Positions 36,950-51,021 of a DNA stretch of 64,000 nt are shown piece after piece; position 1 is the stretch's first letter, and each line of letters opens with the position of its first letter. A model generated the notes under the pieces. That model did not search any database and was not told the origin of the DNA. It saw only the letters and a list, made by a program, of their open reading frames with translations. The position numbers and the translations under genes are program-made. Source of the stretch: Tubulanus polymorphus (lineage: Eukaryota; Animalia; Nemertea); NCBI RefSeq assembly GCF_964204645.1, contig NC_134032.1, positions 10,156,275-10,220,274 on the forward strand, written 5' to 3'.

Positions 36950-37115
36950 CGCCTGCCCGCCCGCCCTTCCGCGGCGTTCGTTTCTTAGCTAGTTGACTAT
37001 AGCGCTCGGGTCGGACGGTTTCGCGGTCTAGTAGAGCTCACTTATTTCGTTCGAGCTCACTTAATTCGTACATCACTTCTGCCTGAACAGATTTCAGAAA
37101 TCGGCTACAAGAAAG
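36950..37115 (+). promoter_or_regulatory. Candidate promoter and non-coding first exon for SLC22 copy A
   Basis: CpG-rich patch with GC boxes ending at AAG|GTACGT (37115/37116). The SLC22 ATG at 41292 has a CAG acceptor 26 nt upstream, so an upstream exon is required. Confidence 0.4.
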
Positions 37116-39070
37116 GTACGTACATTGCGTTCTATACACATTTACTGGTGCTAGTTGATAGGCGGTGTATAATAGAGTGAACCCCGCCTGCAAACTGGAC
37201 TCCGGCCAAACCAGTTCGAGCTACTCGGGAAGATAGGGCATCGGGAAATAAGTAATTAAATTTCGTCTGAATAAACAGAATTTAATTGTCCGAGTCAGGC
37301 GGCAAGGATTTTTTACAACAATGTTATGTAGAATATCCGTCATTCACTGTCTTAGTTCAGCCCAACTTCCATTTGAGTCATTCTGCAGAACCCGCCCTGA
37401 TCGAGGCGAGAATGCTCTTCACAGGGCAGGTCTGCGTATTCTTTAGAATGACCTTCTCTCAACTTCTGAGCAATTGCCCCCTGATTTTCGCGTAGACGTA
37501 GAACAGATTGTGAATGAATATGAAAAAATAAAGCCAAAACATGTTGATAAATTTCCACGGCTTTAAAAGCGAACGTAAGATATTTTAACGAATTTCCATA
37601 TATACATTCGTATATTGAACGCCCCTAAATCATTATATGCCGTGTTGACCTCAAATCTCCTTAATTTAATAGAAATTAAGGCCTTCGCATTCGATTATTC
37701 GTTGAAGTGAAAATCTTGTTGAGACGTGTTTAAGCGCCGTATTATATAGTTAGAATAACAAAACCTATAAAGTCTAGTGTGAAAAAACGTCGCCCAAATT
37801 TACCACTTGTTATATCATTTCAAACATTATATCAGCTAATATAAGACCATAAATTTACCAAAAAAACTTGAAAGGAACTGGTTTAGATTTGTCTGTAATC
37901 GTTAGGTTTATACTGAGTGAAAAAAATGTGGTTGACTGTGTCTACTATCCGGTAAAGCAAAGTTGAATAGTACATGTATTGATACATGTATTGAACTGGC
38001 AATAAATGGTTGCTGTTGAAATATCATTTGCGAAGTTGTTTTTTGTCTTGATATGATATGATTTATTTTCAAGTAAAATTTTAACAAAATTAATGAGTAA
38101 GGAAATACATTAAAGATGTAATATTATTAAATGAGGGACTGCTTTGAAGCAACATTTAGCTTATACAAGAAAGCAGCCCTAGAAAAGACAGAAACAAATG
38201 GAATAGCGATCTTGTAATGGCGATTGACCCTGTTACTTATTTGATTGGTATATTTCGTTTGATTTTTTTTTTGATTTGGTGTCCCTTACAAACCCACCAC
38301 ACCAGCCGGGAACGAACATTTGCAACGTTGTCACCTACATGGACAAAATGCATAATGATGTATCATTCGTATAAACATGTAGTACTATTTCATAATAATA
38401 ATATGTAATAAGTTTAAGTTTATTGAAATAGACCATCATGGTCCTTAATTTCATACAATAAGTTTCTAATACAGTACTTACAGAACTATACATTACATTT
38501 CGGAAAATATAAAATATAATATATCCTAACCACGCCGTTTCTATATCGGCACCCATCACTTTGTTAAGTTGTAAAGGATATAACAACATTAATCATATAC
38601 GTGATTGGATTCTTTTCAGACCTACGAAACAGTATTTACCTAAATTTAGCAATTCGTTCTCGTTCTGTGTACTCAATAATTGAGTAAATTTATGTACAGA
38701 TGGGTATCTATAATAATAACGTTTTATAAATTTCTGTCGTAAATCATGAAATCTAGGGCATTTTAGAATAAAATGGTATTCATCTTCAAGATCAGTTCCG
38801 TCGCAAAATCTACAGTTCCTCCGTTGTCTCTCCAGTGGAGGTCTTCATATTGTTTGATAATGTGACCGTTTATATCAATAGGATTTCAACTTGTAGTTTA
38901 GAAAACTATACGATAATTATTCGTATGATACCGTAATAGATCCAGTTAATGAGAAATATAGCGGCCGATTTTTCGGCGTTTTCGCAAGCGGTTCGCAAGC
39001 GGCCGCCCTTGAAAACCTAAGCTTTTAATTGGCAGATATGAACAAGGTAGAGCTTTTAAATATATATATA

Positions 39071-39445
<375 letters not shown>

Positions 39446-40129
39446 GTACAGGGCGTTCTTATAATACCCGAAGCGGTAAGCTCAAACTCAGGGCATAGGT
39501 CATTAATTTCAAATCGTTTTTTTTTCTATCTCAGTCAATTCGCTTGCAAGGAGTTGTACAACTGCTACAAACTTCGCAACAATAAAAAGTATTGAGAAAC
39601 AACTGAAATAAGTTTATCATCTTGACATAAAATAAAAAGATCGATCATATATAGCCTGCAGTACGTATCGGGCTACTAAATGTAAATTCTTTATTGTATT
39701 ATTCTCAGTCTGGTGTTTTTTGTTTTCCGTTTCTCACATTCACTTTAATCATTTATTCATTTATTACACAGTCTTTCTGCTTTTTACGCGGACCCAGAGG
39801 TATATGTGTCATCTGGCCTAAAGTCTGCAACCTCCTCCAAGATTCCGACCATTGTGTAAAATAATTTCATTTTGTGATTTAGTCGTCGTAACCTTGATTG
39901 CATGCCATATACTCGGAATTTGTTCGTTTTATGTGACAGCTCCAGGTTTCTGTAATGTCACACGTGTTGACGACATCGGTGAACGGAAACATCCGGAAAT
40001 ATCCGGAAAAATTAGGACAATCTTGAACGAATGTTACACGCTATATTAAGACACGTGTTCATTTCTGAATGAATGCATTTCTAAAACAATTCGATGTCAT
40101 TTCGGTTCACTGTCGTAAAGCCCAATGCG

Positions 40130-40220
40130 CACATGCTCCCTCGGCAGGGATTCGAACTTGATGGCATCGCTAGACTCAGTCACGGCACTAACCCCCGCCA
40201 CAATAGACCGATCGGCAGGT
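40130..40220 (-). mobile_element. Possible tRNA-derived SINE head
   Basis: B-box GTTCGAATCCC on the - strand near 40147-40158; no complete cloverleaf. Confidence 0.3.
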
Positions 40221-41291
40221 ACATGCGCAGCGTTGCCGGACGAAAACTTGCTGCACCAAACAGAATGCTCAAATACTTACAAAATAGAGGCAAATTTCAC
40301 GGATGAATTATTAAATGGAAAAACCCTGTCAAAAATAAAACGGGATATCGGATTGGCTAATGATTACATCATCGCAGCTGCGCACTCGGGCTTGTGTGGC
40401 AACGAAAAAATAGTCCCAGAAACTGTAATATGATGTGAACTTGAGGAGAACGAATTACTCGGGAATGACACTAATCTAATGTTGAAAGCTTCCGGCTCTT
40501 GTAAAATTAGCCGTTTGTTTATCTAGACCTCTCCGATTTTACACCAGCTGAGGTTCGGTTATTGTGTCTTTTTTACTGCTTAATATATAATATTATACAA
40601 TCCACGATGGAAATTATTTGATTGTTGACTCAACTGCGAACCAACCATGCATTTATGCAGTAAAATCCATATGGCGTTCGTCTGTATTGACGTCGCATAT
40701 TTTGGATTTTTCCATATTACACATTGATGAGGTTTCACAGGCTGCACAGTCGGGTGGGTTTCAGTCGATTCTGGATCCAGATCCACAGTTATGTGTATTT
40801 GATTTGACTGTTGACCCAGTATATTGGTTTCCCGCGACACCGAGCCTGATTCCTCATCTAAGTGTGTTTAATTTGACCCCGGATCCAATGCCACTGTTGT
40901 GAGCATTTGATTTGACTCGTGACTCCGTTTCAAAGTTGCGCCGGTTCGATTTTACTCTGATTCGAGTTTCACAGTGGTGTATGTTTGATTTGACTCTGGA
41001 ACCAGTTGAGTATATTGTCTTATTTGACTAGGGATCCGGTACAACAGCTGTGTCGAATAAGTGTGGACCCTGTTCCACGGTTTTGAGGGTTTAAATTGCC
41101 TCTGAATCCAGTTCCTCAGTTTTGTGGGTTGCATTTGTCTCTGGATAAAGCTCTATAGTTTTTTTTTTTGGGGGGGGGGGGGGGTTAATAGAACTTGGTT
41201 CATGGTAAGATTAAATCCAGACAACGTAGAATGGATAAAAGATTCTGTTAACCTATCAATTCAGGTGGTTTGACTGATATCGATCAACAGT

Positions 41292-44200
41292 ATGGAGGTT
41301 GACCGCGCTCTATCGGAACTAGGTGGTCGTCTGGGAAGATGGCAGATTACTCGATCCACAGTGCTTTGTGCTCTGCTCTACGTGGCTATCGTATTGACAA
41401 ACCTTTCAATAGTATTTGTAGGTAAGAAAACAACTGAAATCAATCATTCTGATGAAGAAATCATTCGGAGTTTTGTATGAGCAACAAATTTCCTGATAGT
41501 CGGGTCTATGGGGATGGTTAATGATAAAATTGGGGAATTTGTATGATAGAATGGATAGAATATAGGTGGTGCCTCCAAGAAAAAAGTAAACAAGGAGATG
41601 ACTTGAACATGGATGTATTGAGCTCTCATTTGAATGCTTTTAAATGGTCGTTTCCGTGGAAGGGTTGGGGAAGGGAATTCCACGCAAAGTCTCACAAAAG
41701 CACGTCCTCAAAGTAACTTCAAGATTTATGGAGGCAGCCATTTCATCTAGAAGTGTCTATAGGACCAACGTTATCACAAAGAAGGGCGATTTGTGGCGGC
41801 GGACCCTAGGTCAATTCATGATGTCGTTGGTGGATTATGGAAGCAGCCATATTTGATAATTGTTGAATATGTCTGTACAGGTTGGAAACCTCCGCATCAC
41901 TGCCGCCTACCGGCGGGTAATATAAATATGTCGCAGGGGATTCCTTTAAGTGATAAACTGGAGTTCAGCCAGTGTACGATGTACGAGCCGAATGTAGACG
42001 ACAGAAACTTGACCGTCTACACCAAACACGTGATATCGTGCGCAGACGGAGTTGAGTTCGCAAACGAGGGTTACCAGGGTATCGTATCCGAGGTCTGTAT
42101 TTAGAGTCATCTCGTCACTTACTTCTCTGAAATATCTTTTTCATCTTTAACGATCATTCGCTATCGATATTCTCGCCACTTCTGCCACTGCTGTGAGGGG
42201 AGGGAGTTCACATATATACGCTAACAAAGAAAGTTCGTAATAGTTGCCGCCAGGCAAAAGAACAAAGCCTGGGCACTAAGATTTAGTATGGCCCGTTCCT
42301 TGCTGATGGCTGCCAAGAGAGGTTTCCTTGTAACTAACAGTTCCTGTCAGCAGAGATCACCTCGACGACTGACACCAATCGTTATTTCCACATCAGGAGG
42401 TGCCCCACCTCCTGATGAGAGTGAATGGAGTTCACTATTGTTTTCGGAGCGCCCCACAAAGCAATAAAACGGAGCATATGTATGGGACTTTTTATTCCAC
42501 GCATTGAACCCGACACAATACTCCATGTTATCCAACTACGTAATTATGCATGCATGAAATATGTTCATTAGGGTGCTTACGACGAGCCGATACACGATCG
42601 CTCCCTTACTCCCTAGCACCCCCTTGCGAATCCCCGATTGGCGCGGTTTCCAATTCCGGATTGTATTTTTTTGTACATGTAGTTCTTATTTTTGTTCCTC
42701 TTTCAGCTGAATCTCGTCTGCGAACAGAGCCACCTACCGGCCCTGTCGCAAACCTTGTACTACCTGGGTGTGTTATTCGGTTCGTTGTTTTTCCCGACCT
42801 TGTCCGACTTCCTAGGCCGTAAGATAACGCTGGTATTCTGCGCATTAGCGACGGCAACGTGCGTCCTGACCACCGCCCTAGCCGTATATAGCGTATACGC
42901 CTTCATGGCTCTGCGGTTCCTTACAGGAGCATGCGCCCAGGTAAGAAGTTCATCAATCAAAACCTCCAGCCAATTTTCGATAGTAAAAACTAGTAATAAT
43001 TGTACTCTTTCGGGCCTCATTTTTTACTAATCCCGAGCATATACGAACGGCAACGCATTTGAACATTTTGAAATCTGCATTTCTTCACTTATTACTTTCG
43101 ATATGCTGTCTAGGTTACGGGGGCCGTATTCGTGAATGAGGACCTTTCTCTTAAACTTAAGGACAGACTTACGTGACACGTAGGTTACGGGTGTTTCGTG
43201 AATACGGATCCTGGCTCACAGAGAAGAGCACCTCAATGACTAATTCCACGGAATGTCGCTGATTTATTTTAGGGCACTTCTCTGGCTACGATGACTCTAA
43301 ACACGGAACTGTTCGCCAGTCGTTATCGCTCATTCGCGCCTATTTATCAACACTTATTCTGGTCGACTGGAATTATGATCCTTGCTTTGTTGGGATACCT
43401 CATCACCAACTGGCGCCATCTATTGATAGCGATAAGTCTATATGGTTTCTTATCGATAGTCACGATATGGTAAGCCGTTTTCTCTTTACATTGTTTTCCA
43501 TATTCACAAGTCTTAAGCAAACTGTCAATTTACTGCCATCATAGAATTTTGTAATTGTTTGCGTTGTTATGGGCCTCATGATGGTATTGGATCTATGGAG
43601 ACAGCCATCTTTTGGGGTAAAGTAGGGGTATTTTATGATGCTATGAAGGAAAATTTTCTGAGCCATATTTTCTGAGAGCAGGGTCTGTCAAGGGCGATGT
43701 TGATGAGTGTATTATGTTCATATTTCCAGTACACTATGGAACTGGATAATTTATAGAAGCCTTATGGGTCCGTCGATAACTACTTTATAGATTATCTAAA
43801 TATACTTTAGGCTGGTCGATGAGTCGATCCCATGGTTGGTAGCGAACGGTCGCGGCAAACAGGCTTTACATATTCTGAGAAAAGCGGCGAAACTGAACGG
43901 CGTTGAGTTGTCAGACGATGCCGTGCAGGACATACGCAGCGCCTCCAAGCGGGCAGTTAATCAACAAGATGTCGGCACGGACGCGGACAATTTGACCCGC
44001 GTCGGACGAATCAAACACGACGTACGACGACTTCGGGTACAGCTTCAGCGGAAGTTCACTTGTCGCTGTAGTTCCGCTGCCGCTCAGCATCAGAAGGAGA
44101 TCGAGACCGACTCGGAAGTGGGCGTGAAAGACGTCTTCCGAAACACGCGTTTGAGGACGTACGCCTTGGTCTCGATGTTGATATGGTTAGTAAAAAATCC

Positions 44201-47200
44201 GATCTCATGAAAATTAAAGGAAAAGAATAGCAGGGAATTAAAATACAGTTCAAGGCATGGATTTTAATGAAGGTTCTGGAATAAATAGAGGCTGGTGCAG
44301 CAGTAGAAACAAATTAACCATTGACTTGGCACTTCAGAGTGTGTGCCATGCCATCAAAACATTACTTTTTTTCGGAAATCCCCGTCCCCAAATAACCTTC
44401 TCATTAAGTCCGGTGCACATTTTGGCGGCTTTACCCTGGCCAGTGGAATGGCATGATCAAATGAATGCGCTAAAAAAATTGGCCAATCCTGTGTAATCGG
44501 AAAAAGTGGAATATTCTACTGCCGGTTTGGAAAATATGCACCGGGCATATGCATAAGCTATCGGTAAAAATCGTTTTGAAGTCTGCACTGCAATGGATAT
44601 CAATGAATCTGGATCAGCAGAGTAACAACCATGATGAGCCCTATAGTCACATATCTACGTAATGATATGAGACGAACATGAAATAATCTACATTTCATTT
44701 GTCTATACATGTAGCACGAAATCGTGTTTCATAATTTACATATGTATATTACATTGCCAATTCTATTAGATCAATGAAAAGATTTGTATGCGGTTCATTT
44801 TTGAATGAACGTATGATGCCTATACGTTGACGCGCCATATGCTTCAACAATTCGCGGAAGAATTGTTAGTAATTTTTTTTCGCGTGTGTCTTGATTTTGC
44901 GCTCGTCGTAATAGTTTGTGGAGAATTGCCATACATACGTGTTTTACTGTCATCAAGGCGACGTCCTAGCGTATTAGGTATCAGAAATTATTCATTATAT
45001 GAATATCATTTGCACTCTACAGTAGAACTCGCTTGATTCGGATTTTGCAAATTCGGATTTTCATTTAATTCGGATGAAATATTTAGTCCCTTTAACCGGG
45101 TATTATTATTCATAATTCATATTTTACTTAATTCGGTGAAATCTAAGCAGTCCCTAGTCACTCGAATTACCAAGCGAGTTTTACTGTATTAGCCAATTTT
45201 CCAATTTGAAATCTAAGTAAAATTCGACCTTGACTGCGCTCCTTATTCGAACATTTTTCTCTATCTGACAATAGAACGCATTTTATAGAAATTAAATAAA
45301 GTACCTCGCTTTCCCCGCTTGTGCCTGGCCTTGTTAGAGTTTGAATTGGAGTTAGATTAATAAGTCTAGTGTTGTATTGTATTTTCGGTAGGTTATTATC
45401 GATATAATGTAACTGATCCATTCCAGCAAATTTGATTATTTGTTGAAATAGGATTGTCGCCCTGATTCATGAGTTGGGATCAGCTGTCGCAGAGTTAAGA
45501 GCTGAATCGAAGTTCAACGAAATGATCCAATTATCAACCTCTATCCCTCCCATTGAATTTTGTTTATCGGCGAAAGTATGAAAATGCCTTTTTATTATTT
45601 GCAGGGTGTCTACGAGTTTCGTTTATTATGGCTTGACGTTAAGCTCGACTGCGATGGTCGGCAACAGATTTCTGAACTTATTTCTCAGCGGCCTGGTTGA
45701 ATTTCCCGCCTACATAGTAACGCTATTTCTCATAGAAAGGTGAACATTTTCTCCCCTTCCCCAATCTTTGTTTTGTCGTCAAAATATCATATAATACAGT
45801 GACAATAAACCTCGGTCGAAACGAGATATTTCTCTGATTTAACATAAAGTCCGATTTTTGGATCGGACTTTCGCTTAGCTAAGGCTATTTTTGCCGGTCC
45901 CAGTTTGTCCGAGGCAAAGTTTTCGACTATAATGTTGATGTAAAGTTAGGCTATTTCAAAACTATTCCTTGAATACAATATTCAGGAGGTATTGTTTTGC
46001 ATTTTTTTCAGACTAGGTCGAAGGGCTTTAGCTTCGGCCTTGTTTATTACCACTGGTGTATCCATCCTAATAACTGCGTTTATTCCAAAAACGACGGGTA
46101 GGTGTCGGTTTTAGTTAATCAATCGATTTCGCAATTGGGTTTGATTTTTCTGGCTGCTGCCTAATCTAATACATCGAGATTTTGGAAATAACTATATTAC
46201 AAGGTTGAAAATCATTTCGTCCATTTCTTTCATTGTTAGCGTATCGTTTTAGCGAGTGGTACGAGTTTAATAGCTGTATCTATGACGTGTAACGGTATCG
46301 GCAAATTCTCTATCAGTGCCGCCTACGCAGTTATATATCTATACGCCGGTGAAATATTTCCTACCAATTTCCGGTAAGATTGCAACTATTCGAATATAAT
46401 TTCACCGTTAACATTAGTCTGATACATTAAAACTTGCTCGATTCGTGATTGGAAAGACCGCCATTGAAGACTAACTTATTATCCAAATGACGACTACACT
46501 TTGTTTGAATTGGTTATAAAAATTGTGACTCGTAGATAGAAACGATTGAAGTAATGTTCCGACTCAAACGGTGATGACGAGTTGAATGAATATTTTTATT
46601 TTTTTTTAAATATGATTCTGTTCATTTCACTGATCAAACAGCTCATCAAAATGAATGTTGCTTTTCTTTCTCGAAAAAAACCCCAATTATCGACACTTTA
46701 AAACACATAATACACCGCATTGTACGCAAATAACCTTAAGTTGAAAGCTGGCGTTCGCAACCTTATCCCTAGCCAGGAAGTATGTTCAAAATGCAATATT
46801 CGGTTTCTTTTAAGTAACCGAGGTGTTGGTATGTGCTCAGCGGCAGCTCGTATAGGCAGTATGGTCGCTCCATTCTCCGCCTACGTGGTAAGTAATTTGA
46901 GCGAATATCGTCAACCTTAACGCCTAGCCCAGAGCTTATTCAAAACACGTTGAAAGACTTAAGCAAATAATATTTTCAGGCACAAATCCGTCCCTGGTTG
47001 GTGGCCGTTATATTCGGTAGTGTTGGTATACTGAACGGACTATTGACACTAGCACTACCCGAAACTCGAGGGCGCCCTCTACCGCAAACACTGGCCGACG
47101 TCCCATCTCGCGAGCCACTCAGTTGCCAGTGCCGACGCCGCAGCTCGGAGCCACCCGACTACGAGTTCGAGCCGGTCGCCGAAAAACCGGAATTGAACCA

Positions 47201-47219
47201 AGAAACACCGAATGTTTAA
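41292..47219 (+). CDS. SLC22-family organic ion transporter, copy A, 10 coding exons, 600 aa
   Basis: Exons 41292-41421, 41881-42092, 42707-42940, 43273-43469, 43811-44185, 45605-45739, 46012-46097, 46253-46373, 46815-46887, 46980-47219 (1803 nt). Motifs HHCRLP, IVSELNLVC, LSDFLGRK, ESIPWL, FVYYGL, EIFPTNFR, LPETRGRPLP. Confidence 0.93.
45020..45186. mobile_element. Tigger/pogo-like MITE
   Basis: TA-CAGTAGAACTCGCTTG...CAAGCGAGTTTTACTG-TA; not seen in the paralogous intron of copy B. Confidence 0.75.
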
Positions 47220-47871
47220 CAGGGTATCTTTGATAAATAAAAAAACTGGGTATATTCAATTGAATAAGGTAACAAGGACGCCAACAAGGATGGATGACCC
47301 CATGAATCGCCTAATGACACCACTGCCAGCTATGGCGAGTTGTCTCATTTATAGATTAACTCGGTAGATTGTTGGTGACGTCACGTCGTTTTTAATGGCA
47401 CCGTACGTACATCATATCTGGAAGCGCGCAGGGTTATTCCATTACGTCAAGCTTTACCACTGATTACGCCTAAGGGGAATTCTATGGAGACTGTGATATT
47501 CTAGAAAAAATCATGTGTAACGGAAATCTATCGATACCTCTCTAAAAAGAAAAATCTCTTCCACGCGCGACCTTAGAACAAATCCGAAAAATGTCGGCAA
47601 ATTTGTATATAACATTATAAAGATATTTAGATTCTCAATTCGTTTTTTGTTTTTTTTATCAGACGAAACAAACATGTTTATGTTACATATTACGTTTAGT
47701 AAATCGTGTACGGGAATAATGTAAAACAAATTCGTTCGTTTTTCGTATCGGACAAAATGTATCATTCGTCACTATCCTCGTCGGTGGCAAAGTTAGCTTC
47801 TTAACAGGCACGACGTGACTTGCCGCGAGGAATCGGTTTACAACGAGCTTCTGCTGAATCTTTTCTGAAAT

Positions 47872-50778
47872 TTGATTAATATTCTAGCTATAAATGAGAT
47901 ATTCCATGAATCTGCTAATAGTCTAGCTGTAATGATAAATGGTGGTTTTTTAAGCAGAAAAAATAAGGACAAATACGTGAATAACTGGGGTTATCGATTA
48001 TTAGAGCTGTGTAAAAATCATAATATATTTGTAGCAAATGGAAGATTAAGAAAAGATCAGGGCGTTGGAGAATTTACTTGTGTAAAGGGCGTAAATCATC
48101 ATGTTGTGGATTATATTTTAATGTCAGCTGAACTTTTCACGAAATGCTCTGATTTTAATGTTATGGACTTTGACCGTATACTGTCCGATGTTCATTGTGC
48201 TATTTATTGTACTCTAGCCTCAGATTGTAATATTGAAAGGAATGAGTTTCTACCACCCAGAGAGAAGGGCAAAATCCGGTGGTCAAAAGATAAAGAGGGT
48301 CTCTTTAGGAATGCTATTGACCAACAGAAATTAAGTCAGTTAAATCTTGATCTAAACGATAACAAAATAAATTGTGAAACTGCGAATAATATTTTAACGG
48401 AGACATTGATTGGAGCTTCCGAACGTACAATGGGTAGAAAAAAGATTGTTTCAAAAAATAATCGTAAAAAGCCGTTTTTATCTGACCCTGAAGTTTTAAA
48501 ACACCGAAAATGTTATAGGCGAGCAAGAAAGAGCTGTAAAAGACACCCAACACCACAACGAAGAACACACATGAATTTGGCTTATAGGAAATACAATTTG
48601 GCTATTAAAAAAGCGAAACAAAAATACCTTTTGGATCAAAATAACCTTTTGAAAAAACTGTCGAAAACCGATCCAAGAGCTTATTGGAAGTTCTTTTCTA
48701 AAGCCAAACAAAATGTCTGTAAAGCCTCCCTATCTGACCTTTTTCATCATTTTTCAAAACTAAATCAAATACCAACAGACGACGACGATGATAGTAATTA
48801 TTTTGATGTAAATAACTTTATCGATGTTGACAATGACGACGCCCTCAATCGAGTCATTACGGAATCGGAAATTTCTAAATGTATAAAGAAACTTAAGAAT
48901 AACAAGGCACCTGGATGTGACGAGATACTGAACGAATTCCTTAAAACCTCTGAAGATATAATAATGCCCACTTTAGTCAATCTCTTTAATAAGGTCCTGG
49001 AAACTGGGATTATCCCTGAGAACTGGACAATTGGTAAAGTTACACCTATTTTTAAGAACAAAGGCGAGCCACGTGATCCGGACAATTATCGGGGAATCAC
49101 ATTACTGAGTTGTATTAGTAAGTTATTCACAAGTATATTAAACGATCGTCTCCATGAATTTCTTGAATCAAATGAACTCCTGAATAGAAATCAAGCCGGA
49201 TTTCGAAAAAATCATAGCATTTTGGATCACATTTTCACCCTTCACTCAGTAATTGACACCCTTTTTAGTAAGAAGCGAAAGCTCTATTGTATATTTATTG
49301 ACTACCAAAAGGCATTTGATACAATATGGCGAAAGGCACTGTGGCACAAACTTATCTCAACAGGTATCACCGGAAATATCCTAAACGTAATTCATAATAT
49401 GTATAAACATATCAAATCCATGGTTCACGTGCAGGGTCAATCCTCAGGTTGTTTTCTTAGTAACATAGGATTGAGACAAGGGGAAAATTTATCGCCAGTG
49501 CTTTTTTCTATATTTGTCAATGACCTTGAGGCTTCATTAATTAAAAGTGGTTGTCAAGGGATTTCATCTCCCTTCGAAAACGAAGATCTATGGGTTCAGC
49601 TACTAGTTCTGCTGTACGCAGATGATACGATCTTATTGGCCGATAGTGCAAGTGCACTTCAGAAAAACCTCGATATGTTGGTCGCTTATTGTAAAAGGTG
49701 GAAATTAGTAATCAATATTAGTAAAACTAAAGCCGTTGTATTCGAAAAAAGGAAGTCTATTAGACAACCCGTATTGAATATCGATGGAGTATTAATCGAA
49801 ACTGTATCTGAATTTAAATATTTAGGTGTGCTTTTTAATTATACAGGAAACTTTGCAAAATGTAAAAAGCTGATTTGTGAACACGCAAAGAAGGCGCTTA
49901 TATTTGTTCTTAAGAAAGTTCAACATTTTTCTCTTGACTTTGATACTGCTTTCCAAGTCTTTGACGCAATGGTTGGATCGATTTTAACATTTGGTTGTGA
50001 GGTGTGGGGATTTGGAAATTTTGATGTTATTGAAAAAATTCATTTAACATTTTGTAAATATCTGCTAAGCCTCAAGAGGTCAACACCAAATTTGATGATA
50101 TACGGTGAGACAGGAAGGTTTCCATTTGAAATTCGTATCAAAGTTCGTATGGTAAAATTTTGGGGACACTTGATCCTGCATGAAGAGACATACTCTGGTA
50201 AAATGTACCGCATTCTTTATAATAGTCATTTAAATGGTTCGCAAAGTAAATGGATATCCTGTATCAAATCAATCTTACAGAATTGTGGTCTTGGTAATAT
50301 ATGGTTGGAACAAACTTTTCCGAATATTCCCTACCTTGGGGAACTCGTAAAACTTAGATTAGAAGATCAATTTAAACAGACATGGCATGGATCGATGGTA
50401 CTATCCTCTAAATTAGATACGTATAGAATATTTAAAACTGATTGGGGACAAGAAAAATATCTTTCATCACTACCACGAAGTTTAAGAATCTCACTATGTA
50501 GATTTAGATGTTCCAACCATAAATTACCAATAGAGACTGGTAGATATGAAAACAAACCACGGAACGAACGAGTTTGTAATAAATGTAACGAGAATACTAT
50601 TGGGGACGAATATCATTTCATACTGAAGTGCGAATTTTTCAACGCTTTTAGAATTTTGTATATACCTAACAGATATAGAATTGGCGCAAATCATTATAAA
50701 TTCAAGCAATTGCTCAGTAATGAAAACCTGTATTACAGTCTATCTAAATACATTACGACTGCTACACGGTTGTTATAG
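47872..50778 (+). CDS. LINE ORF2: C-terminal part of AP endonuclease, reverse transcriptase, C-terminal Cys/His domain (968 aa open)
   Basis: VDYIL...SDVH, NYRGITLLSC, FIDYQKAFD, GLRQGENLSP, LLYADD, FKYLG, CNKC...DEYHFILKC; no internal stops. Confidence 0.9.
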   Translation: MINILAINEIFHESANSLAVMINGGFLSRKNKDKYVNNWGYRLLELCKNHNIFVANGRLRKDQGVGEFTCVKGVNHHVVDYILMSAELFTKCSDFNVMDFDRILSDVHCAIYCTLASDCNIERNEFLPPREKGKIRWSKDKEGLFRNAIDQQKLSQLNLDLNDNKINCETANNILTETLIGASERTMGRKKIVSKNNRKKPFLSDPEVLKHRKCYRRARKSCKRHPTPQRRTHMNLAYRKYNLAIKKAKQKYLLDQNNLLKKLSKTDPRAYWKFFSKAKQNVCKASLSDLFHHFSKLNQIPTDDDDDSNYFDVNNFIDVDNDDALNRVITESEISKCIKKLKNNKAPGCDEILNEFLKTSEDIIMPTLVNLFNKVLETGIIPENWTIGKVTPIFKNKGEPRDPDNYRGITLLSCISKLFTSILNDRLHEFLESNELLNRNQAGFRKNHSILDHIFTLHSVIDTLFSKKRKLYCIFIDYQKAFDTIWRKALWHKLISTGITGNILNVIHNMYKHIKSMVHVQGQSSGCFLSNIGLRQGENLSPVLFSIFVNDLEASLIKSGCQGISSPFENEDLWVQLLVLLYADDTILLADSASALQKNLDMLVAYCKRWKLVINISKTKAVVFEKRKSIRQPVLNIDGVLIETVSEFKYLGVLFNYTGNFAKCKKLICEHAKKALIFVLKKVQHFSLDFDTAFQVFDAMVGSILTFGCEVWGFGNFDVIEKIHLTFCKYLLSLKRSTPNLMIYGETGRFPFEIRIKVRMVKFWGHLILHEETYSGKMYRILYNSHLNGSQSKWISCIKSILQNCGLGNIWLEQTFPNIPYLGELVKLRLEDQFKQTWHGSMVLSSKLDTYRIFKTDWGQEKYLSSLPRSLRISLCRFRCSNHKLPIETGRYENKPRNERVCNKCNENTIGDEYHFILKCEFFNAFRILYIPNRYRIGANHYKFKQLLSNENLYYSLSKYITTATRLL

Positions 50779-50897
50779 CTAGGGCTATTAATATGTATAA
50801 ATTTGCCAGCTTTTATATTTATACTATTCATACTATTTTGTTATGCTCGGAAAAATTGTATATCTTTTTTGGAGCAATAAACTAAACTAAACTAAAC
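47872..50897 (+). mobile_element. 5'-truncated LINE retrotransposon (RTE-X-like, clade tentative)
   Basis: Long ORF followed by a short 3' UTR and an AATAA(ACTAA)3AC tail at 50876..50897. Confidence 0.92.
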
Positions 50898-50898
50898 T

Positions 50899-51021
50899 TT
50901 CCGTTATAATCGATCGTTCGTTGTATCTGGTACGCAAATTGATAATTTGGGACGAAATTATAAGTTTGTTAAAACCGATAAATCGTTATATCCGAGTTCG
51001 TTATAACGAGGTTCGACTGTA
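50899..51021. mobile_element. Right half of a Tigger/pogo-like MITE directly after the LINE tail
   Basis: Ends ...GAGTTCGTTATAACGAGGTTCGACTG-TA like the copy ending at 3544; left TIR not found upstream of the LINE. Confidence 0.6.
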
